64,000 bases of DNA. Origin: a candidate division WOR-3 bacterium (GTDB lineage Bacteria > Hydrothermota > Hydrothermia > JBDRYB01). The notes under the pieces were generated by a model. The model worked only from the letters and a program-made list of their open reading frames with translations, was not told the DNA's origin and did no database searches. Shown here piece by piece: positions 58,282 to 64,000 of this stretch. The stretch covers positions 1-64,000 of the forward strand of contig JBDRYB010000003.1 of the NCBI GenBank assembly GCA_039803205.1, read 5' to 3'. Every line of letters starts with the position of its first letter. The stretch's first letter is position 1. The translations under genes and the position numbers were made by a program.

Positions 58282-59820
58282 ATGAACAACTTGCTGTTAG
58301 CTGTCATGGTTTCGCAGAACCTCTTCGCGAAGACCTATGGAGGGACGGGTAAGGAGTATGCCTATTCGGTAGCCAGGACCTCGGATGGCGGATATATAGT
58401 CGCTGGGGGCACGGCCAGCTACGGTGCTGGACAGGATGACTTCCTGGTCATCAAGATCTCGCCCACAGGAACCCCTGAATGGACAAGGACCTTCGGGGGA
58501 ACAAATATGGATGCCGCCTATTCCATAATCCAGACAACCGATGGGGGATATATGGTTGCTGGGGAAACCCGCAGTTTCGTGGCGGGAACCGCTGCTAACA
58601 TTGATTTTCTTGCGCTGAAGATCTCATCCACCGGAAACCCTGAGTGGGCAAGGACCTTTGGAGGAGCAAATGAGGATTTCTGTCGATCCATAATCCAGAC
58701 ATCAGATGGGGGATACGCACTTGTAGGGTTCACCAGAAGCTATGGTGTTGGGCTGGATGACTTTTTGATCATCAAAATCTCGTCTGCTGGGGCCCTTGAA
58801 TGGGCAAAGACATTCGGCGGAACGAATTATGATAATGCCTTCTCCATAGTACAGACCATAGACGGTGGTTATGTCGTTTCGGGTAGCACCATGAGCTTCG
58901 GGGCCGGCTACTGGGACCTTCTCTTGCTAAAGCTGTCGCCCACGGGAACCCTTGAGTGGGCGAGAACCTACGGGGGAGAAAATAATGACTTTACTACCTT
59001 ACCCGTGATACATACCGCTGACAGTGGTTTCATGTTCACGGGGCACACGGAGAGCTTTGGGGCCGGTGAAGCGGATCTGCTTGTCATGGAACTTTCGTCC
59101 ACCGGGGCTCCGGAGTGGACAAGAACCTTCGGAGGAACCGACTTGGATTGCGCTCGCTCTATAACCAGAACCGGGGATGGAGGGTTCGCGCTCGCAGGAT
59201 GGACATTGAGTTTTGGGGCTGGTTCTTGTGATTTCTTCATGATAAAGATTTCGTCCGCAGGAAGCCTTGAATGGGCAAGGACTTTCGGAGGGGAAGGTTG
59301 GGACGATCCCTTCTCTATGATCCAGACTCAGGATGGCGCCTACACGGTTGCAGGATGGACAACGGGCAGTTTTGATGGAAGTGACCCTGGCGATTTCCTT
59401 GTGATCAGGCTTGACCAGAACGGCAATTACCTGGATTGCATTCAGAGCTGTTCTCCTACCACAGGGCCAGCTTCCATTTCAATATCATCCCCTGGCGCGG
59501 ACCTTATTCCCTGTAATCCTTCTATAACCAACCCGAATCCAAGCGTCACGACTCCCGGACTTCAGGTATATGATGTCTGTCCACCCAGTTCTATTGAGGA
59601 GCCAGACAAAGTCCAAACATGGCCCCAGATCATTTGCGTATCTGATATAAGAGGGGTTATTTTCCATGCTTCCGGGGAAATGGAGATAAAGATCTACTCA
59701 TCCGATGGAAGGCTGTTCTGCTCCGAACAACTGCAGAGGGGACAGACCTCCATTCCTCTTGGCCAAGGAGTCTATCTCTGGCAAGCAGGACCCTATAAAG
59801 GAAAGGCTGTTGTAAGATGA
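58282..59820 (+). CDS. Secreted 'W(A/T)RTFGG' repeat beta-propeller protein with CTD
   Basis: About 7 repeats; Cys/Pro/Ser/Thr linker; ends GVYLWQAGPYKGKAVVR. Confidence 0.88.
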   Translation: MNNLLLAVMVSQNLFAKTYGGTGKEYAYSVARTSDGGYIVAGGTASYGAGQDDFLVIKISPTGTPEWTRTFGGTNMDAAYSIIQTTDGGYMVAGETRSFVAGTAANIDFLALKISSTGNPEWARTFGGANEDFCRSIIQTSDGGYALVGFTRSYGVGLDDFLIIKISSAGALEWAKTFGGTNYDNAFSIVQTIDGGYVVSGSTMSFGAGYWDLLLLKLSPTGTLEWARTYGGENNDFTTLPVIHTADSGFMFTGHTESFGAGEADLLVMELSSTGAPEWTRTFGGTDLDCARSITRTGDGGFALAGWTLSFGAGSCDFFMIKISSAGSLEWARTFGGEGWDDPFSMIQTQDGAYTVAGWTTGSFDGSDPGDFLVIRLDQNGNYLDCIQSCSPTTGPASISISSPGADLIPCNPSITNPNPSVTTPGLQVYDVCPPSSIEEPDKVQTWPQIICVSDIRGVIFHASGEMEIKIYSSDGRLFCSEQLQRGQTSIPLGQGVYLWQAGPYKGKAVVR

Positions 59821-59872
59821 GATTCTCTACACCAGACCAAGAGGCGAGTAGCTTCCGGGATATGCTTTACAA

Positions 59873-61162
59873 TCATTCCCCTGGATTCAGGACGATCGTC
59901 CTCGTATCCACTATATTTCCATGAGATGAGAGGGCCAGGAAGCAAACGCCCTTACCTATGCCATCAAGGCTAATGGAGTGCCTTCCGGGTTCAAGAGACC
60001 AGGTTCTCAGTTCCCTGCCAATAGGATCATAAGCTGTCAGTTGGCCTGCCTTGGTAAGCCTGATTTCAACGGAAACAGTAGAGAGCATAACGATGCTGTT
60101 CTCCTTTGGCCCTGAACTCTCTCCAATCTCAAGGGGAGGGCATCCTCTGTGCGCGTAGTAGAGATCGCCAGACCTGTAATATGCTATCCTGGGGCAGTCA
60201 TCTGAGCCCACCTGAAGGCTCCTGTCTGTCATCCAGTAACCTGCCCATGTATTGGGGTCAGCAACCTCTATCGTCCAAGATGATCCATTCCACACAGCAT
60301 ATTTTAGCCTCTGGTTGGTCACATCGTAGTAGGCTATGTGCGGCCTGTCCTGGGAATCCAGGGCCAAAGAGGTATAACGCCCGACATCGCCCGCGGTGTC
60401 AACCGTCTGTATCTGCCAGGATGAGCCGTTCCAGTAGGCGTATTTGAGGTCCCGCTTGGCCGCTGATGAATCGTAGTAGGATATGTGGGGCCTGTCCTGG
60501 GAGTCAATAGCGATGGATGTCCAGAGGCCAACGGATCCAGCTGTGTCAACCTTCTGGGTCTGCCAGGATGAGCCATTCCAATAGGCGTATTTTAGATCAC
60601 GAGCACTGGCCCCGAAGCTGTAATAGGCTATGTGAGGCCTGTCTTGGGAATCCAGAGCCAAAGAGGTGCAAATCCCCAGTATATCTACCTGCTGTAGCAC
60701 CCATGCCGAGCCGTTCCAGTAGGCATACTGAATTATGCTGTAGCCATTATCAGAATAGGCTATGCACGGTCTATCCAGAGAATTAAGGGCCAGAGATGTC
60801 CAGAGCGTATTCCCTACGGTATCAACAGTCTGTCTCTGCCACGAGGAACCGTTCCAGTAAGCATACTTGAGATCCGAGTTCACGCCGTCTATCCAGTAGC
60901 TGTATGAGATGCACGGCCTATCCTGGGAATCCAGGTCCACAGAGACATAGCCACCAGAGGCGCTCCCTATGGTGTCAACCCTCTGCGTCTGCCACCCTGA
61001 GCCGGCCCATCTCGCGTATTTCACGCCATATGTTGTGAAATCGCAGTAGGCTATGTGCGGCCAGTCCTGAGAGTCCAGAGCCAGGGCCGCGTAGTAGCCA
61101 ACATCTCCAGGCGCGTCCACCTGGAGCCAGCTCCACTGAGCTAAAAAGAGCCATACCATCAT
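59873..61162 (-). CDS. Secreted repeat beta-propeller protein with CTD-like tail
   Basis: Repeats 'WQTQ.VDT.G.VG..TSLALDSQDRPHIAYY....LKYAYWNGSS'; tail 'YDPIGR...GKGVCFL'; GGAGG RBS. Confidence 0.85.
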   Translation of the reverse strand: MMVWLFLAQWSWLQVDAPGDVGYYAALALDSQDWPHIAYCDFTTYGVKYARWAGSGWQTQRVDTIGSASGGYVSVDLDSQDRPCISYSYWIDGVNSDLKYAYWNGSSWQRQTVDTVGNTLWTSLALNSLDRPCIAYSDNGYSIIQYAYWNGSAWVLQQVDILGICTSLALDSQDRPHIAYYSFGASARDLKYAYWNGSSWQTQKVDTAGSVGLWTSIAIDSQDRPHISYYDSSAAKRDLKYAYWNGSSWQIQTVDTAGDVGRYTSLALDSQDRPHIAYYDVTNQRLKYAVWNGSSWTIEVADPNTWAGYWMTDRSLQVGSDDCPRIAYYRSGDLYYAHRGCPPLEIGESSGPKENSIVMLSTVSVEIRLTKAGQLTAYDPIGRELRTWSLEPGRHSISLDGIGKGVCFLALSSHGNIVDTRTIVLNPGE

Positions 61163-61184
61163 CTTAAAAACCTCCTCGTTTAAG

Positions 61185-61250
61185 GTTTTTGTTTTCAAGG
61201 GAAACACGGGCTGACCGGAGGTCGTTCTGAAGAACGAGCCGTTCCGGCCG
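61185..61250 (-). promoter_or_regulatory. Conserved intergenic element (copy 3, divergent stem)
   Basis: Minus strand GGCCGGA...GACCTCCGGTC stem containing ACCTCC, then CCTTGAAAACAAAAAC (61185-61198) before the RBS. Confidence 0.55.
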
Positions 61251-61354
61251 ATACCCCTGTATTTTCTCGCACAGGGTCGCGGCAAACACGATCATTCCCA
61301 GCATAATCCCAGTATGAATTATCACGAATGGGTTTGCGAGCCTTTCCCTTATAT

Positions 61355-61436
61355 TCATCTCACAACCGCCTTTCCTTTATATGGCCCTGCCTGCCATAGA
61401 TAGACGCCAGGATCAAGGGGGATGCGGGTTTGGCCC
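61355..61436 (-). repeat. 82-nt 3'-end repeat shared with 62976-63057 (shorter homologs at ~58134-58187 and ~59767-59820)
   Basis: Manual alignment gives 75/82 identity, with all 7 differences at synonymous positions. Confidence 0.85.
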
Positions 61437-62881
61437 GCGATTAGATGTGTTGAAGAGGACAGGCGGCCATCCGGAGAATATATTTTCAATTCGGCCTCAG
61501 CTGTCGCATTGAAAATGAGAGCATGGGAAACTGGAAAACAGATCACTTCTGCGTCAAACCCGGCAGTCTCATCAACGCTTTCATAGACAGGGGCACAGAT
61601 ATTGACTGATAGTGGTGTAATTGGTGGCGTCACAGAAATACCGGGGGTTCCGGTGGAGTGAGTCCATGGGGATGGGGACACGGAAAGATTTGAGGTAGCA
61701 AAAGTGGGAGTGACGAGACCCGGAGATTGATCAAGCACACACCCAGAATAGGTTCCGTCTGCGGCTGTTCTAAGCAGAAACCCATCCCTTTGGTTAAAGT
61801 CAAAGGTGGTGCCAGCGATCGCAAGACTGCCATCCGGGAGCTGGAGGACAGAAAAAGCCCTCTCCCAACCTAAGGCATTGAATGTCTTTGTCCAAAACAA
61901 ACTCCCGTCGGCTGAGCTGAACTTCATGATCTGAGCCTCGTCCCCAAACGGAGGTAGAATTTTCGTTTTGCCCACGACCACGAACCCTTCATCTGCCGTT
62001 TGGATTATGGAGTTGCCAATTTCCTGTACGCCTGTCGTTGTTTTTGCCCAGGAAAGGTTTCCAAGAGAGTTTGTCCTGATAACCATAAGTCTTGGTATAT
62101 CCGCGAGATCAGGATCCGTCGCACCGGTTATGGCAAATCCACCATCCGAGGTTGGGACTACGGATAGGCCCACATCAAATATTGAATGATTTCCGTCAAC
62201 CATACCGTAGAAGGCTTTTGCTCTTCCTACGGATCCATCGGGGTTCAATACCAGTAACAGGGTGGCATTCTCTAAGGTAAAATCAATGTATTCCCCGGTA
62301 AAAACATAGCCGTCATCGTATGTCTGGGTCATGAATACATCCTGGGCCCGTGTATTGTATGACTTAGCCCAGCTTTCGTTTCCGGCCGCGGTAAGCTTGA
62401 GAAGCAGTATATTGGAATTATCAGACCCTCCTACTGCGTATCCCCCGACCCCTGGGGTCTCAATTACGGACCTGGCTTCTTCCCAACCCGAGGTTCCAAA
62501 GGTCTTCGCCCATGAAATATTTCCATCCTGATCCAGCCTCAGTACGAGCATATCTCTTGAACCAGCGCCGAAACTCTCTGTGTAACCAGCTATAACAAAG
62601 CCTCCGTCATCTGTGCATATCACAGACCAAGCGCCGTCATTATTTGCTCCTCCGTATGCCTTGGCCCATTGGATATTTTTGCCATCCGAGGTTAACACAA
62701 CGAGTAAAGCATCCGTGCCTCCGGCACCATAACTATTCGTTGTTCCCGCCAACGCAAAACCTCCACTGCCAGGCATCCGTGCCACGGAGTAGATGTATTC
62801 ATCACCCGTTGTCCAACCATAAGTTTTAGCAAATAGCGTCAAGGCCACAAGCACATCCATCATTATAAAGAGCCCTGTCAT
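61355..62881 (-). CDS. Secreted 'WAKTFG' repeat beta-propeller protein with CTD
   Basis: Same repeat family; ends GQTRIPLDPGVYLWQAGPYKGKAVVR. Confidence 0.88.
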   Translation of the reverse strand: MTGLFIMMDVLVALTLFAKTYGWTTGDEYIYSVARMPGSGGFALAGTTNSYGAGGTDALLVVLTSDGKNIQWAKAYGGANNDGAWSVICTDDGGFVIAGYTESFGAGSRDMLVLRLDQDGNISWAKTFGTSGWEEARSVIETPGVGGYAVGGSDNSNILLLKLTAAGNESWAKSYNTRAQDVFMTQTYDDGYVFTGEYIDFTLENATLLLVLNPDGSVGRAKAFYGMVDGNHSIFDVGLSVVPTSDGGFAITGATDPDLADIPRLMVIRTNSLGNLSWAKTTTGVQEIGNSIIQTADEGFVVVGKTKILPPFGDEAQIMKFSSADGSLFWTKTFNALGWERAFSVLQLPDGSLAIAGTTFDFNQRDGFLLRTAADGTYSGCVLDQSPGLVTPTFATSNLSVSPSPWTHSTGTPGISVTPPITPLSVNICAPVYESVDETAGFDAEVICFPVSHALIFNATAEAELKIYSPDGRLSSSTHLIAGQTRIPLDPGVYLWQAGPYKGKAVVR

Positions 62882-62898
62882 GTTAAAGCCTCCGTATG

Positions 62899-62967
62899 GT
62901 TTTTGTTTTCAAAGCAAATGCAGGCCGGCCGGGTTTTAACGGGAGGTGCAGAGATCCCCGGCCGGCC
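62899..62967 (-). promoter_or_regulatory. Conserved intergenic stem-loop plus TTGAAAACAAAAAC motif (copy 2)
   Basis: Perfect 11-bp stem GGCCGGCCGGG/CCCGGCCGGCC (62923-62933, 62957-62967); 23-nt loop with CACCTCC on the minus strand; motif at 62899-62912. Confidence 0.7.
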
Positions 62968-62975
62968 CTTTGTTT

Positions 62976-64000
62976 TCATCTTACCACTGCCTTTCCTTTA
63001 TATGGCCCCGCTTGCCACAGATAGACGCCGGGATCAAGGGGGATGCGGGTTTGGCCCTTCTTGAGCTCCCCGGAGTAAGCGAGACGGCCATCGGCTCCGT
63101 ATATCCTTAAATCAATATCTTCCCATAGGCTAAAAAGAAGGCCTCCGGAAACAAGAGAACAGGTTATCCTGTCTTTCAACACTGCGGCCTCGTTTTCTCG
63201 TGCGTCAAGGGGGGCACAGAGATCTGTCACAATGAGTGTGGGCGCAGTTATTACTGGGCTTGCAGCTCCCATGGACGGGATATAATTCACTCCCACAGAA
63301 CGGGAAGAAGTGTTCGGAGACCAGGCATTGATAGAGGGCGAACAAGAGCTCACACATCCAGGATAATCCCCATTACCGTCCACCTTTAGGAGGAGAAATC
63401 CTTGATCAACATACCCCATAATAGCAAGATCCCCATCCTGGGTTGGAATTATGCAATTAGCGCCATCATCGCTTGATGTCCCAAAGGTTCTGGCTCCCAA
63501 AAGGTTTCCAGAAGCATCCAGCTTGACAACGAAGAAATCCTCACCACCTATACCAAAACTCTTCGTACCTCCAGCGATCACGAGATCGCCATCCTGAGTC
63601 TGCATTATAGATCTCCCGTCATCGTCGTTCACGCCACCTATGGTTTTGGCCCAAGAAAGAGAACCATCCGAAGCTAGTTTGAGCACGAAGAGATCATGCC
63701 CTCCAACACCGGAGCTCTGTGTATGTCCTGTGATTACAAAGCCGCCGTCAAAGGTCTGGATTATAGCTGTGGGACAACCTGGCTCTTCATCGCTTGAACC
63801 CCCAAAGGTCCTAGCCCATATGGGAGAACCATTTGAGTTCAACCTGAGTATAAGTAAATCACTGCCGCCCACGGTAAAACTTCTTGTCCATCCTGCGACC
63901 GCAAAACCGCCATCTGTTGTTTGAACTATGGAGTGGGCTATGTCTTGATTTGTTCCCCCATAGGTCCAGGCCCACATAAAGTTCCCATTCGCATCCGTCT
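62976..64000 (-). CDS. Secreted 'WARTFGG' repeat protein with CTD (5' end beyond window)
   Basis: The frame stays open to the window edge; ends GQTRIPLDPGVYLWQAGPYKGKAVVR. Confidence 0.88.
   Translation of the reverse strand, partial: TDANGNFMWAWTYGGTNQDIAHSIVQTTDGGFAVAGWTRSFTVGGSDLLILRLNSNGSPIWARTFGGSSDEEPGCPTAIIQTFDGGFVITGHTQSSGVGGHDLFVLKLASDGSLSWAKTIGGVNDDDGRSIMQTQDGDLVIAGGTKSFGIGGEDFFVVKLDASGNLLGARTFGTSSDDGANCIIPTQDGDLAIMGYVDQGFLLLKVDGNGDYPGCVSSCSPSINAWSPNTSSRSVGVNYIPSMGAASPVITAPTLIVTDLCAPLDARENEAAVLKDRITCSLVSGGLLFSLWEDIDLRIYGADGRLAYSGELKKGQTRIPLDPGVYLWQAGPYKGKAVVR

Noticed and set aside
58134..63057. DGR template/variable repeat pair among the near-identical 3' ends
   Set aside because: Differences are almost all at synonymous third positions and are not adenine-specific. 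No reverse transcriptase is present in the window.
1816..63924. Numerous overlapping or antisense ORFs in the six-frame track (e.g. 2439-3206, 5002-5580, 24114-24869, 35121-35639, 47741-48334)
   Set aside because: They are shadows of well-supported genes and have no motifs or start signals of their own.
58282..64000. CRISPR-like periodic repeats
   Set aside because: The periodicity comes from coding beta-propeller repeats. There are no identical repeats with unique spacers and no cas genes.

Overview
64-kb bacterial chromosomal window, probably from a thermophilic diderm of the FCB/WOR-3 neighbourhood. That placement is an inference from the many T9SS/FlgD-like C-terminal domains (CTDs), the beta-barrels and the AGG/ATA-rich codon usage. 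The first ~5 kb is the end of a phage-like tail/lysis module: an XhlA-like fragment, a LamG protein, a 1054-aa tail-like protein and a permuted NlpC/P60 protein. Positions 5-56 kb are mostly housekeeping and envelope genes (pstCA with a Pho-box-like repeat, carbamoyltransferase, lipA, a zinc-ribbon trio, two GT-C glycosyltransferases, an IGHMBP2 helicase, fur, coaE, MTAP, aroF, holB, tadA, trmFO, an sdhE-like gene, mfd, DUF6029/TlpA/Omp28, a tetraheme cytochrome, mazG, twin metalloproteases, nfeD). An intact HK97-type portal gene with no phage neighbours sits at 40.9 kb. The most unusual part is 56-64 kb, where a TPR-SARP/BTAD regulator is divergent from an array of secreted repeat proteins. 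The array has a nearly invariant C-terminal module, an orphan copy of that module, an invariant 14-nt core that also recurs outside coding sequence, and a conserved intergenic element (GC stem, anti-SD (C)ACCTCC, TTGAAAACRAAAAC). Many genes appear leaderless. I saw no rRNA, tRNA, CRISPR array, integrase or transposase. All family assignments come from reading motifs by eye, not from database searches.
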